DNA of 64,000 nt from the NCBI RefSeq assembly GCF_009914755.1, contig NC_060933.1; one strand, given 5' to 3'. The notes beneath the pieces were generated by a model. That model searched no databases. It worked only from the letters and a program-made list of their open reading frames with translations, and was not told the DNA's origin. Source of the stretch: the human T2T-CHM13v2.0 reference genome, Homo sapiens. Within the stretch, counting starts at the first letter, position 1; each line of letters opens with the position of its first letter. Positions 15,722-32,469 of this stretch are shown piece after piece. Both the position numbers and the translations under genes were made by a program.

Positions 15722-17999
15722 TGTTGAAACTTTCAAAGTTGCGATAGATTTATCAGCGCAGTGTTTGTTAGAATGCTTCGCAAATATTTATTTGTTAAAA
15801 TACAATGCCAACCTATTTTAATTTCCTTAAAAGTAAGTGAGAAAAATATACTTGGGAAAATAAAGTTGCTTAAATAGGTTTTCTCAACTGCCAGAAAAAG
15901 GTACTGCCACAGCATGTTTCTGCCTGTAGGTAGGTGTGGCTCCACTTTGTGTATGCATTAGGTTTGTCAGTGAAAATCTCGGTAGTTTGCTTGGTTGCTG
16001 AAATAAATCAGTGGTTAGTTTGTACACAGACCCTGTCTGCATAATTGCAACTGAATAGCTTTGCCCACTTATTGAAAGAATGGTTCTCTGTTTGGGATGA
16101 TCAGAACTCATTTTATATTCAGTCTTTGGATAAAAATGTGATTGTTCATTTTTGTAGATGTCATTTGTTAAAGATTCTAGCAGTAACAAGGAAAATGGGA
16201 GGAGGGAAATATTATTTCTTGACTAGAAAAAGATATTGTGAGTATATTGAACAAGAGGATCATTTTGAGTATTTCTAGTATATACTTTCACTTCTCAGTT
16301 TGTTATTGGTGTTTTAAAAACTTGTGATGAATTTAGAGTGAATGGGAGCAAGATGGACTAAACTTCAGAGAATATTATTTTAGCTCACAGTGCAGATCTA
16401 TATCACCTATACTTTAGATATCTTTTAATTAAATTTTTATAGATTAAAAATCAAATATTACTGAAATATTGATATATGTATGCATATCAGGTTTTTTAGG
16501 GTAATAAATTTGCTCAACTTGGACTTAAGTTTTTGTGAAGAATTCTTATAAGTGTTGATTTCTCTCTAATTAGCTATGTGGAACAAACGTAATTTCCTAA
16601 AAAGAAGTAAGCTAGTAATAACTTTGATTTTATATTTCTCCTTAAATGACAAACCAATTTTACTACCAGAACTCATTTCAAAAGTATTTCTGGGCTATTT
16701 GTATGACTAGCTCATTTTGTGAAATAATAAAATACATAAAAATAGTAAGGCTCAGTAACTTGTCCAAATAAGGTATTTTTGAGGATAGTACACATGCAAA
16801 TTATTACTTCATATCACATTTTAAAAGGGCTTATAGGTTTGAAAGTTTTCATATAGTAGGGGTGTTCTGTCTGTAGGAAATGTAGTAAGTTGATTATAGC
16901 AAGAATTTTAATTCCTTTCTCAAAAAGGGAACTGTCAGTGTCTTCTATTCTTTTAAAAAATCTTAACTGCCAGGATAAAAAAGCGAAGCAAGTTTTTACG
17001 GACGGTAGTAGGAAACATTTGCCTCACTATCCAAATAATTATGTGTACTCATTCTAAGTTTGGTCATTTTTTTAAAAATATAAGTCAGTTGAGTTGAGTA
17101 ATAATGCACAAATTTGAGACTTGTTGTATACTTTATTATAATAGCAACAATGTTTACAAAATAAAATCATTTTGTAATGATTTCTGTATTGATACAGTGG
17201 CAAATAAAACAAGAACATGAACTATTTTTTTCTCTTATTCTTATCCATACATGTAAACTCTTTTTAGAGAAGCTTAATAAAGAAGTAGTACACACTTGAC
17301 CAAAGAAAGGGGACATTTATTTTTTACTATGAGATTTTGCATCTAATAAAATTGCTTGTATTTTCTTACAATGTTGTTCATATGGAACCAGAACTTGTTA
17401 TGTATAAATATAATGGGATGAGAATTTACATGTTTATTAGAAGTTTTCTGATATTTATAGGCCAATATATTTAAAATATATATATTCAGAAATTGGAAAC
17501 ATTTAAACTGTCAAAGAGTAGATAATAGGTTAACTAAATGATGGTATTACTCTGAGAGACTATAGTACATACAATAAAGACATGCTTTGAAAGTATATAT
17601 ATTAATATGGAAAAATGAATGTTATAAAACAACATATGTGGAAAAAATGTGAACTTATGTAAATATATACTTGAAGTGCTGCAAAGTATAGAATCTCTGA
17701 GTGATAGGACTTGTCTTTATTCTTTATCTGTATTTTTATAAAATCTATATTTTGAATATTTATATGTAAAGACTCGTTTTAGCTCTATAAAATTGATCTG
17801 TAGAGGTATTTTTCATCTATAAAAGTAATAAAGTCCAGTAAAAAATAATATATATATACAATGCTATATTATTGTATGATTTTCTTATGTGTGATTTTCT
17901 TATTATTGTATGACTTTCTTCTCTTGTGCTCTTCTAAGTTATATAAATTCTCCAGCACCTGAGAACCAAAACAGACAAAACCAAAACCAAAGACATTGG

Positions 18000-20680
18000 A
18001 AAAAAAAATCCAAATTACTATAGAGTACAATTCCTCATGCATATATATTCCAAAATCATTAACCAAATACTAGCATATGGAATTCATCAATGTATAAAAA
18101 GGACAATATATTACAAATGACTGGGGTTTATCTAATAAGAAATGGAATGTTCATGGACTGAAAGATTGAATGTTGTTAAGATGTCAGTTCTTCCCAAGAT
18201 TGATTTACAGTTTCAGTGTAATCCTAATCAAAATCATAGCAGGGTTTTTTGTTGTTGTTGAAATCAACAAACAGATTCTAAAATTTATATAGAAAAGCAG
18301 AGGAATTAGAATAGCCAAACAATTTTGGAAACAAAAAAAGTTGGAAGAATTGAAGTACTGATTTCAAGACTTACCATAAAGCTACAGGAATCAACACAGG
18401 GTGGTATTGGTGAAAGACTAGACACATAGATTAATGTGACAGGATCTGAATCCAGAAATAGACCTTACACATACTTAATTTTTGAGAAAGGTACAAAGGC
18501 ATTTCAATGGTGCTGGAACAATTGTACATCTGTATATAATTTTAAAAGAACATCTACTTGGATTCTGCACTATGTACAACCAAAAATTAACTCAAAATAG
18601 ATTATAGACTAAATGTAAAATGTAAAATTACTGAACTTGCAGAAGAAAACAGATTAAGATCTTTTTTATTCAAGAGTCAAAAAGTATGGTTCATGAAAGA
18701 AAAAAATTGATAAATTGTTCTTTGAAATTAAAAAGATCTGCTCTTAGGAAAAACTATTAAGATAATGGAAATGAAAGCATGGATTGGGAGAATATATTTG
18801 CAAAGCATACATCTGATAAAGGGCTGTTAATCCAGAATATATTAATATGTAGAACTCTCACATCTCAATAATAAGAAAATGAACAATTTAAAAAAAAAAG
18901 ACGCAAAAGATTTGAATAGACACTTAACCAAAGAAAATACAGGGTGGGGCCAGGCACAGTGGTTTATGCATGCAATCCCAACTACATGGGAGGCTTAGGC
19001 AGGAGGATCACTTGAGCCCGGGAATTTAAGGTTGCAGTGAGCTATGATCATGCCACTGCGCTCAAGCCTGGGCAACAGAGTGAGATTTTGTCTCTTAAAG
19101 AAACAAACAAACAAAAAACCCACGATGGCAAGTAAACACATCAAAAGATGTTCAACATTATTAGTTATTAGAGAAATGTAAATTGAAATCGTAATGAAAT
19201 AATACTACATACCTATTTGAATGGCTAAAGTAAGAAATAAAATTTCAAGTGCAGGAAATAATGTAGAAAAACTGGATCTTCATATATGGCTGGTATGAAT
19301 GCAAAATGGTACAGCAACATTGAAAAACTAATAGTTTCTTATAAAATTAAGCATTCCATTATACAACCCAAAAATATCATTCCTAGTAATTAACCTAAGA
19401 TAAATAATATGTCCACACAAAAACTCGTATGCAAATATTTATTAGCACTCCAAACTAGAAACAACTCCAACTGTCCTTTAATTGGTGAATTGAATAAACA
19501 TTATGGTAATTTATACAATGGAATACTATTCACCAATAAAAAGGAATGAGCTCCTCAAATGGCTATATACTTAACCATTTCATTTACACAACATGCTGGA
19601 AAAGGCAAAACTGTAGGAGCAGATTTGAAATCATTATTACCTGGGAGGTAGTAGAAAGGACTGACAACCAAGGGGAATTAGAGAACTTTTTGGAGTGATG
19701 GTAGTATTGGAAGTTTGGTTGTCAGATTCATTAGAACTGTATACTTAAAATGGGTGAATTTTTTGATATGTATGTACTTCTCAAAACTGATTTAAGCTGA
19801 CGATCTTTTTTAAAAAATTAATATAGAAAGAAAAGAATTCAAGTTAGCATTCTTCATCACTTAGTAAAATGAATGATTCAGGCAAAGATCATGAGTGGAT
19901 GCCAAAACCATGAGGGAAAGTGTTACTGTGGTACAGTACATTAACATGGCCTCCATAGATTATTGTAGCCGTTGTAATTTGAAGAGATCTGGGTCACCAC
20001 CTTAAGCAAGTTATCAAATTCAGCATTGCTGACAAGGCAAGAACTGGACAGTATGTGCCTCCTGACTTGGAGTAATAGGAAGTACACAACAGTAGCAGCA
20101 TCACCTATGAATTATTCTGATCCAAAAAATATTTAAACTGGATATAGTTAAGCCTGTAAACCTAACTTCCACTTTACAGGAAATAAAGCAATGAGTTAAA
20201 TTACAGCATGAGAAAATGGACAAATCCAGAATGTAGGATATTCTCTAAAATGACTTGCTTGTTACTTTCAAAAAATATTCATGTAATAGGGGAAAAAACA
20301 TACATAGGTGAAAAGAGAGATAACAGATATACAGTACTTGAATACGGATTGATCCTGATTTGGAGAGGAAAAAACAGCTCTGAAAGCTGTCTTGGAGAAG
20401 TTGAAATTTCAATATAAACTGACTACATTCAGTGACATTAAGGAGTTATCTTTCATTTTTCTTAGGTGTGGTAACAGTATTGTGGTTAAGCACGAGAAGG
20501 TCTTTATTGCTAGGATATGATGAGTATTAAGAAGTGAAGTGTCTTGATATCCATAAGTTATTTTACCTGTACCCATACACACAAAAAGCAAAAAGGTAAG
20601 AAGATGTTAATAGTTGTCTCTGGGAGTGTATATATGTATGCATTAGTATTATTGTTTCCACTGTTTTCTGCAAGTTTGAC
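18000..20680 (+). mobile_element. Old L1 (L1MC/ME) 3' fragments
   Basis: TGTTAAGATGTCAGTTCTTCCC, AATTAACTCAAAAT and ACAATGGAATACTATT motifs. Confidence 0.72.
18948..19118 (+). mobile_element. FRAM-type Alu monomer
   Basis: Single right-type monomer. Confidence 0.82.
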
Positions 20681-21281
20681 ATTTCTCATAATAGAAGGGA
20701 ATGCTTTTAGAGCTAAGTTGAGAGAAATAGTGTTTATTGAAGATGGCCTTATTATATGTAGTGCATTCCTGCAGATCCTATGACTATCAGGGATCTGTAC
20801 CTACATTGTACACCTAAGAATAACTGTATTGCACTCTGTTTTGGCATTATAACACTGGCCTACATTGAGAACCAGGATAGAAAACAGTTCTGTGAAATGC
20901 TTTGTGTTGTAAGGACATTTTTGCGAGCATCGCTTACTGTATCACATGGTATAGGAAAGATGAAACTTTGCACTTCAGTAACAAGAATACTTGTGCTGCT
21001 TCTGAGAAACTGGATTTTTGGCATGTTACAGACAATGAGTTATGTTTTACTGGGTGCTAGAAAGCTCAGATTTCATTTGTGGCCCATCTCTAACAAGTGC
21101 ACTTTCCAGCTGCACTCCTGACTGCTTTGTAATTTCCCTCCTGCCCTTACTTTTCTCTCATTCTGATTCCCTCCTCTATTTTTTGGTTGTGTTTTGTAAG
21201 ATACTTTATGTCCAACAATGTTCTAGCCATATTTAAAGGAATTTAAATAATGTAGTTTATGATTTGAAACTCACAGGCTAA

Positions 21282-21610
<329 letters not shown>

Positions 21611-22189
21611 TTATTGTTATTAGTCACGTGAGTTCTTGCCCCCAAATCCAGGGATCTTTTATCCTCTAGCCAAATTTAGAATAAGGGACTCTTTCCAGCA
21701 AATTTCAAAGTACATACTTTTAAATATGATTAAATAAGATATAAAAGTTTCTATTTCTGGAGTAACATTGTTACAGCAGTAGTGGCATAAAATACCTTAT
21801 TTTAGGAGAAGAGTACTGCAGGGAAAAGAACAAAGCCAGTTTATGGAAATAGATTTTTAGCATTGGAATTGGCATTGGCATTTTTCTTTGAGAATTTCAT
21901 TTTTTTAATTCTGTTTTTGTTTTTTGTTTTCAGTTAAGAGGAGTAAATAGGCCTTTGTTTTACCTTTGGCAATTCTGAAAGAATTATGTACAAAAAAAAC
22001 CTAAGGAAAAATTATTTTAGTTGCTTTTGAATGGTATTCAAATTTCTTTTCAACTACCGTAGTATCTTCCTTCTGTTAAATGATACTTTATAAAATATTT
22101 TTCAGCATCAGCATGTTGATACAGATATAATATTTACAATTTGCTCTTGCTACCTTCTTGGGAGTTGAAGTCCTTTCTCGCCCAGCTTC

Positions 22190-22496
<307 letters not shown>

Positions 22497-22609
22497 CTTT
22501 CTCACCCAACTTCTGTATGGCATTACTGTGTTAAAGATATATTGTTTGACAACAAATAGAATGCTTAAAGCAGCAATAACAACACTGACTCTAAAATATA
22601 TGTTGTATA

Positions 22610-22901
22610 GGCCGGGTGCGGTGGCTCACGCCTATAATCCCAGCACTTTGGGAGGCCAAGGCAAGTGGATCACTTGAGGCCAGGAGTTCGAGACCAGCCT
22701 GGCCAAATGGCGAAACCCCATCTCTACTAAAAATACAAAAATTAGCTGGCATGCTGGTGCACGCCTGTAATCCCAGCTGCTCAGGAGGCCGAGACAGGAG
22801 GATTGCATGAACCCAGGAGGCAGAGGTTGCAGTGAGCTAAGATTGCCCCACTGCACACCAGTCTGGGCAACAGAGTGAGACTCTGTCTCAAAAAAAAAAA
22901 A
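22610..22901 (+). mobile_element. AluS
   Basis: Alu consensus match. Confidence 0.92.
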
Positions 22902-25168
22902 GAAGTTGTAGGAATGATGGCTAAGACATTTTTAAGACGTTATGTATATATTAAGTAGGCATGTTTTTTGATGTTCCTTAAGTTTATTCTAACTTTGAAA
23001 AGTATTCATTTGATAAGTAAGGGTTTCTTCTTTCACTGATTCCTAAGTTCAGTGGACTCTTCCACTGAAGATTTTTTTTTTCTTCACAAATCTGGAAAGT
23101 AGCTTGTTGAACGAACTAAATGACCTTTATAGGCTTTTGTATTTATAAAACTTTTGATTTTATATTTGGACAGACTTAAGTTTTAACCTTAATTACCTAT
23201 GATCTTCTACCATGAGGGATACACTAAAAGTAATTGCCAAAATAGGGTTAATTGTAAATATAAATGTGAATAAGGTTAGATTGTCATTTCCTTCCCCCCA
23301 GGCAGAAGGATTCCTAGAACTAGGATTAACTTTCTTTGCTCACATCTCTGGAATTCACTTCTGTTTTGCCAAAGAATGGTAAAACAGGTATATACTTTTC
23401 TTTCTTCTGCACCTATTTTTAAGTGAAAAGTACTATTCTTTCTCATTCTTACTCTCATTAATTTCTTAACACATAAAAATCAAGTTTAATTTGATAGTAG
23501 TGCCTGTTAGTCATATGAACCCTGTACAACATATCTATTTATACTGCTTCACACATCACTCACAGGACAAGTTCCCACAAAGACCTGTTTTGTTCTACTG
23601 TTGATCCACCCTAAAGAAACCAGTTTCCAAACTCTGCACAGCTTTGTAAATCAAGATGAACTGGTCAGAAATTGGATACAGAAACAAACAAGGAACCAAA
23701 GAATGCTTCCTAGTTAACAAGCAGAATGTGTTATATACAATAAAATTGCAGGTAGTGAAATGTCTGTGTTCTAAGAATGTTCCAATTAGGAAGTTAATAT
23801 CACATTCATATTGAAGTCATAGTTCAAAGTCATTCAGTTAAGGAAATATAAGTAATGCTTAGTAAGATGTTCTAGACGACAGAGAAGACAAATGATGAAT
23901 GTGAACTTTGCTTCTGCATTTCTTAGCTAGCTTTGTCCATGATAACTATTAATAAGTACAAAGGTTGAGAGGACGAAGAGTTTGGTGTGTAGGCACAGAT
24001 TTCCTTCTTTCTGGCAACAGTTAGGGGCCTAGAGTAAGCAGGGGATATAGTAGCATGCAGAACTGGGACTCTCCATCTATGTCCAGAAGGAAGGAATGCA
24101 CCCATACACAATTTGTAAGTAACAGAATGTATTTCTCATCACAAAGTTAAACATAATATATTCACACTTCCTGATGGTGAAGATTCCTTGAAGAAAGAGA
24201 AAAATTAAATAAAATGAAATATATTCACAGCTTAATTTATGGTTTTTCACAATATTTCTAAAATATTTTCTCATTGAATAAATGTTTTATCAAATATTTT
24301 ATCTTTTTGTTTAGAACTTTCAAGAATATCAAGCGCTGTTCAAAAATTGTTTCTTTCAGATGATCTGATGTAAACATTGTGCTTTTAACTTAATATCTAA
24401 TAGCCTCCCAAAGAATCTGCATACTTGTGGTGCATTTCTTTCTCCCCTTGAGAAATTTTAAAAGAAAACAAAAGAAGCAAAGAAAATTTTAAATGTCTTC
24501 TGCTCATTATTCCAACAATAGGCAAAGACCAAGCTTTCACAGCCAAAGCAAACTAGAGAATTCTCAGAGTACTCAGTGAAAATATATAGTCTGTGTCCTG
24601 AATCAAATGAGTATGTTACAAAAATATAAAACTATTAGAGAAAATACATGACACATTTAAATTTTTCCTATCTTCCTTCTTTCCCAACACATTTTGAAAA
24701 GAAAATTACAATAAAAAACTTTTCCTTATAAAGCCCTTTCTCCACTACAGATATTTACATACAAATACATATTATTTAAGTTTGAAGAAACCAAGTTAGT
24801 AGGGGGAACTTTTCTAAAACTTTTTTAACATGAGAATTCAAAAGCATAAAACTGAAAAATGAAATGCCTTTTTGCTTCCAGCTGCTTCTCCCTGGCACCC
24901 CTTCCTCAAATTTCAGTCTCTGTTCTCTTCAACAAACTGACAATTCAGGACAGCCCAATTTCTCAGTTTAATTCCAACTCACGGGGAGGATTTGAATTGT
25001 TGAAATGATAGTCTTCAAATATGAGCAAGGTTTTCTTTTCTATTATTATGTTTTTATTGAGATATAACTTACATACTATGAAATACACATATCTTAACTG
25101 TGCAGTTTTGAGTTTTGACACATATATACATCAGAATCAATGGGAAGGTTAAAAATTTTCTAGATGAG

Positions 25169-25471
25169 GGCCAGGCCCCAGTGGCTCATGCCTGTAATCC
25201 CAGCACTTTGTGAGGCCGAGGCGGGTGAATCATGAGCTCAGGAGTTCAAAACCACCCTGGGCAACATGGTGAAACCCTGTCTCTACTAAAATACAAAAAA
25301 TTAGCTGGGCATGGTGGCACGCGCCTGTAATCCCAGCTACTCAGGAGGCTGAGGCAGGAGTATTGCTTGAGCCCCAGGAGGTGGAGGTTGCAGTGAGCCA
25401 AAATTGTGCCACTGCATTCCAGCCTGGGCGACAGAGTGAGACTCTGTCTCAAAAAAAAAACAAAAAAAAAA
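25169..25471 (+). mobile_element. AluS
   Basis: Alu consensus match. Confidence 0.92.
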
Positions 25472-25662
25472 GAACGATTGCCTTTGTAAGAAAAAATAAC
25501 AAATTGAGTAATATACATAAAAATACATAATATATCATAAATTGTTATGCAGATTAAGGTTCAGTTATATTTTAAAACTTACATCTCATACACTCTTTTA
25601 TGGGATTTGCAATGCTGGCTCACACGTGAAATTCTCAATTTGTCTTTCTGTTTGTTTTTAAG

Positions 25663-25769
25663 AAAATTAATGCAAAACTTCATGATGGAGTATGTCAGCG
25701 CTGTAAAGAAGTTCTTGAGTGGCGTGTAAAATACAGCAAATACAAACCATTATCAAAACCTAAAAAGTG
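25663..25769 (+). CDS. C9orf85: C9orf85 coding exon 2 (KINAKLHDGVCQRCKEVLEWRVKYSKYKPLSKPKK+TG)
   Basis: Polypyrimidine tract and AG at 25661-62; donor GTGAGT at 25770; 107 nt, phase 0 to 2; peptide recognised as C9orf85. Confidence 0.95.
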
Positions 25770-26290
25770 GTGAGTTAAGATTCTTCATTACCTTACTTGG
25801 TGGTATATGTATCATAGTTTATTATTTCATTTCCTGATTTTCAAAATTGTGTCCAAATAAATGTTAAAGTAAATGATGAAAAAATTCCATTCTCCCCTGT
25901 AGAATTTCATCTTGTGTGCTGAATCTTGGTTTGTGAAGGCCGACAGATTTAAAAAGTTAAATTCATCATTTCCTGCCCCATTCTTTCATAAATATGCATC
26001 ATTTTTATAGAACTTTATTCATGAAAGGTGGGTTAGGGCTGAGAAGAGAGTATTTGTTTTCTACAATTCTGTCTTCCACTGATAAGGTAATACTATGCAC
26101 CATAAATTATCAATTCTTAAAACGGATCAGACCTTTAGACCTTTTAATTCAACTCATGAAGATTACAGAAATGGCTGAGGTTAAATATTAGAAGTGAATC
26201 ACTAGATTGATAACTTATTATTTCTTTGGGAATAGAGGTCTAAATGAAAAGATACTAGATTTTGTTTCTGATCCTGCCATCCCTAAATCC

Positions 26291-26600
<310 letters not shown>

Positions 26601-27156
26601 ACTTAACTCTTGTGTAATTCTGGGGTTCTCTTATATCAGCCTTCTGTGCATCCTCTACAGCTCCCTGACATCCTTCAGCTCAGCTGTGTAAGGACAATAT
26701 TGGAGAGTAATTGCTGCATGAAAGAGAAAAGTGATTATCTTAAATAAAAATTAGCATTGTTCCTTTTACATTATAAGATTTAATTTGGTAATCTATATAG
26801 TAGCTATTTAGACTATATTTGCTCTCTGTTGCCTTATTTTTCTGACTATTCAATAGTTTCATCATCTTTGAATGCATTCCTTCTTCCTTTATGGGAAAAA
26901 ATTTTGCTTACAGTTTAGAAAATCAGTCTAAATAATAGATACAATATGACCTTTGTTTATATCTACTAAAAAATTATGACAGCCTTTTGCAAATCTGAAA
27001 CTTAAGATATAAAATAATTTGTTTACTTCAAAATATTTGAACACTGAAAGGCAAAAGTGTTAAGGAAGGATAAACTAACTTAAGCTTTTTAGATTTTTTT
27101 TTCTGTACTCCGTTTTGGAGCAGTCTAGTATTTATTACAGGTATAGTTGACCCCCC

Positions 27157-27470
27157 TTTTGTTTTATTTTATTTATTTATTTATTTAATTTATTTTGAGA
27201 TAGGGTCTCACTGTGTCACCTAGGCTGCAGTGCAGTGACATAATCTTAGATCACTGCAACCTCCGCCTCCCAGGTTCAAGCAATTCTCCTACCTCAGCCT
27301 CCTGAGTAGCTGGGACTACAGGTACATACCACCATGCCTGGCTAATTTTTGTATTTTTTTGGTAGAAACAAGATTTCACTGTGCTGGCCAGGCCAGTCTC
27401 AAACTCCTGACCTGAAGTGATCCACCCACCTCAGCCTCCCAAAGTGCTGGGATTACAGGCGTGAGCCACG
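27157..27470 (-). mobile_element. AluS followed by a C13 run
   Basis: Alu consensus match. Confidence 0.9.
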
Positions 27471-28168
27471 CCCCCCCCCCCCCTTTAAATAGTTTTACCA
27501 GCTTCTTGCTCCTTTTAGTCTTTTCTTCCTCTAGCATTTCCTCCCAAAAGAAAACACTCTTAAACAAGTCTGATGAGTTTTATGCTTAGTGGCCCAAATT
27601 AGCAGTAAGGAAATTTGGCAACTATTTGCATTACCCAATTTTAGATTTCCATGAATGAATTGTGTTCTCTGCTAGAGTAATTAGATGTTGATTGCAAAAT
27701 AAATCATGTAGTTTTAGTTAATAGGCCTCATACAAGATTTGTAGCTTTCTGAATATTTTCAACAAGTTTTTATTCCTATAAAGGTATTTTAAGATTTCAT
27801 GATCCATCTCCATTTTCTCTTTATAGTGTTGTTTCCTAAAAGAATTTGAAGTGTAGGCAATAAACAACATTTATGTAGTCACAGCATTTTAATAGATTAG
27901 TGCTGTGTAACAAAGGAAATGATTTAAAAACATTCCTGCCTTATCCATCATCAGTATTTAAATCTCTTACCTTTAATATGTGCTAAATCCTATATGTTTA
28001 TCTTCATTTTAAATGTGTCAGTGTGTAAAAAAGATCACATCAGTTATTGTAAATTTTCCAGATGCTATATTTTGCTGTAGAACTTCTGAACTTATGTATT
28101 TTGTTTTCTCGCGACAGAGCAAGACTCCATCTCCAAAAAAAAAGAAACTGCTAGTTAAAACAAGATCT

Positions 28169-28687
28169 TGTAGAGGAGGAAAAAAGTCCTTTCCTTCTAC
28201 CAGTCTAAGTTCTCACCCTTGGCTCTCTAACAAAAACCAGATTAAGAAGAGAAAAATATACAGATTTATTTAATGTAAGCTTTTTGTGACACCAAAGCCT
28301 TCATAAGGAAACAAAGACCCAAAGAAATGGGTAAACCTGTGTGGTTTTATGCTAGGTTTGATGGGAGTGGAAAATCATGGGGAAAATGTGATAGGGGATA
28401 AAAACAAAGGGCTAAGCATAGTAAACTAAATGAGCTAAGGGTAGTAAACTAAACAGCAGGGCTTGTTCATTCAGATTCCTCTTACTGTTCCTCTGTTTTT
28501 AGAGATAAGCATGGTCCTTTCCTCTAGGTATAGGAAGGGCACCTCTCATATAAGGGTCTTATGGCCTACTTCAGGGGTGGATCAGAGAGTCCTTCCTACA
28601 TTTGCTGTTTGTCACATTTCTTCAGCTCAAAATACTCAGTATGCCAAAGCGCCATATTTTGGGGTAGCATGTTCTGAATCCCATCAG
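28169..28687 (-). mobile_element. ERV1 MER4-group LTR (MER34/MER21-like)
   Basis: Minus strand starts TGATGGGATTCAGAACATGCTACCCCAAAATATGG. Confidence 0.6.
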
Positions 28688-28975
28688 TCTAAACATATTA
28701 CTTAGGAGGTTACTTGCCTGGCCTAGAACATCATGTATTTCAGAAGGTCCTGAACACATGGCACATTAGACATACTGGAAAGCCTAGCTTTCAAACTCCA
28801 ATCCAGGATTGAGAGTGTTATAGAAAGTAAAACTCACTTATATTCATTCACTTCACTTTCTCTGCATATTAAGACTTGACCAACATTGTAAGGGATTTGA
28901 ATCCATTGCTTATGCTGATGGTAGCATTACTTAAAATGTTTAATGTTTTGTTCAAGCTAATCACTTATGAATTAG

Positions 28976-29324
<349 letters not shown>

Positions 29325-30985
29325 TTGGATATATCTTTTGTATAAAGATTTATTTTTCTGCCATGCTGAGTATTTCCATCAGTTAAAATGTTGAATATTG
29401 TTTCATGTGTCTATCTATTGCCACAAATTGTGTAACTAAATGATGTAGATAAAGAAAAGTTCTGCACAACATAAAATACAGGGCATGGTGGGGCTTTTTA
29501 TAAGTGACATTTCTTTTAGAAGTAATAATATCCTGGATATTGGGAAAATTAAAACTTTTTCTCCCATTTGTTTACCTTGTGAATCACCAAAAACCGCGTG
29601 TTAATTAGCAAATTTCCATTTGTTCATGCGATCCAATGCCAAAAGTTAAATCAAAGAAAAAGAGTTTGACCTATAAACTCTTCAGACTTACCTGTTTCAA
29701 CCATGGGAAACAAAAATTTTACTGCGTTCGTAGCTGACAGAATATTGCATGTTTCTCTTTTTCTTTTTTCAGTGAGGTGACATGCTGCAGTATTTTTATA
29801 AACATGTTCTTTATGGAATTTTCTCTCAGTTACTGAATACAATCCTGGACCATCTCCAGAGACTTTTTAGAAAAGAATAAATGTCCTAACTTAAGTTGGA
29901 AGAGAGATGAATTGAAAATTATGTATGTACTGAAGGAGGATAGGATGATGGCTATGAAAGATGAGGGGATAAAAAGCATCTCACTTATCAGCGATACATA
30001 AACAGTGTGACAGTGGTACTGTCCTTTGACGTAATGAGATAAATATCTCTGACTACTCAAAGCTTTAGGTCTTTATAGGAATAAAGTGATAAGCTCATAA
30101 AGATAAAGCACCAAGACCAGCCACCACCCTTAATTAGAAGTCAGCACAATCTGTACCAAGATCCCCCTACCCATTTCTTAAGGCCAGTACCTACTACTCC
30201 CTGCGGGAGGGCTGCAATGGTGCTGTCAGTATCTCCCTTGACACAGGATGGCATAAGCATTGTTAGACTTGAAAAAGAGGGTTCAGACTTTAAGATTATT
30301 CATATATATAAGAATTAGGGTTCAGGAAAAGTCTAAATCTTTTTGTATAAAGTTTTATTTTTCAAGTGCCTTGTTTTTTACTTTTGAAAAAGAACCCCAA
30401 AATAAATGAAAACCATTCATTACCATTCCTGGTCAATCCCAAGTCATTCATGAACCTGTAAATAATCTCGATATGGAGCTGAATTGTTGGAGAAACAAGA
30501 GATCTTATAAATATAAAACAATCCCAGTCAGTAATGCCTATGAAAAAAATAAACGTAAAAATATATTAAATAATTTGTATAAATCTTAAGGAAGGAATCT
30601 TGATATTTTTATACTTAAAAGTCATTATAGACATTTATATATTTTTCAAGGTACTAGAAATATAAATGTTTAAAAGATTTTGTCCCTTTCCTCAAGCAGT
30701 GCAAGGCCAGATGAAATTAGTTATTTTCTTTATTCTGGGCTCAGAAGGATTATACTTCTTACCAAGACAAAAGTAAAGCAGATGGAGGTAAGATTCAAAT
30801 GCAAATTGATTGGATTCCAAAGCCTTGTTTTCCTTTTCTCTCAGTGATTTCTCAGCATTGTATTATTCAATTCAAAAAGTCCTTTTCTCCTCTTCACCTG
30901 GACCTAATGCTTCATTAATTTTTACAAATATCACCTATCTTGTTTATGGACATTGTCTGCTGTTGAGTACCACATATCCTGCTGA

Positions 30986-31313
<328 letters not shown>

Positions 31314-31674
31314 CAGCCTGCCTTTATTTTTTAATACATATACTTGTGGAAAGATAATTGGATTTTGCTTTCAGGCCCTGAAATGCCTATGCTGGTACCT
31401 AGAAACCTTTTTTGACTTTTATTTCAGGTAACCAAGCAACCTTTTCTCCTATTAATTTAGAAATGTGGCAGACGAATACCCCCATTTATGTGAGAATCTC
31501 GAGCCTGCTTTTCTCTACCTATTAAAAAAAAAAAAATCACCAGCATTATAATGTTAGCCAATGTTTAACCTTGCCATAGTAGTAGAAAAGAAAAGAGAAG
31601 CTGGTATAAAACAGCACAGTCCTCAAACAGATTGGGGTCTGAGCTTGGAACTGGACCTGTGAATTCTTTACATC

Positions 31675-31858
31675 TGTGGTTCTCAGTTAAGGAGGTGGCT
31701 TGAGGATGGAGTTTGTCCCCAGGAAGGGTGCTACTGACACACAGTGTAAAGAGACCAGGGATGCTGCTAAACATCCCACAGTTCACAGGACGGCCCGCCA
31801 CAATAAAGAAACACCCAGCTCAACATGTCAAGAGTGTCTTGGTTGAGAAGCCTTGCTC
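31675..31858. mobile_element. MER20-like hAT MITE
   Basis: CCAGGGATGCTGCTAAACATCC...GGTTGAGAAGCC. Confidence 0.7.
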
Positions 31859-32469
31859 TGTACCGAATAGATAGATACTCACAAAGCCAAGGCACTGAAA
31901 CATCCTGTATCTTAGTTCAGTGGTTTTCAAACTTTTCAGCTGTCAAATTCTTTAATAAAACGCTTATCCAGGAGTCCCATGAATACAACAGGCTAAAACA
32001 GAACTGCCCTAAATGAGGAGAAGGGAGCCCAGACCTTACAAGCTGTGTGATAAATGTTCACTGAAAGAAGATTTCATCATAAAAATATTTCAAGTGAAGG
32101 AGGAAAAAGCTAATATAACCTGCCTTGGAACCAGCATTACTCTAGAGATGTCTGGCCTGAGAGTTTCATGTCATGAGGATGCTTTATTCCTTAAAAAACT
32201 GTTTCCTTTTCATTAAATATTTTAATTGAACAGAGTCACTCTTCTGGCCCTCACATCCAGGTGTTTAACCCCACCAGATTTATTGCCTCTCAACTTTTGT
32301 TCCCACTGATTGCCCAAGTGTACCCCTTACCTATTCATACTTCATTGCATTGAATAAGTAAATTCTCCTCTTTTAAATTGATCGTTGCATCTCATCTCAC
32401 CTCTACTCAGATACCTCTGTGGCTTCAGAGTTGACTAAACCAGTGGTTTAAAAAAAAGTGGGGGAGGGA

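Noticed and set aside
25547-25729. 60-aa ORF overlapping exon 2
   Set aside because: Wrong frame and starts in the intron; the real frame is KINAKLHDG.
28111-28143. Isolated 33-bp Alu 3' end
   Set aside because: Heavily truncated remnant with no visible TSD and no evident consequence.
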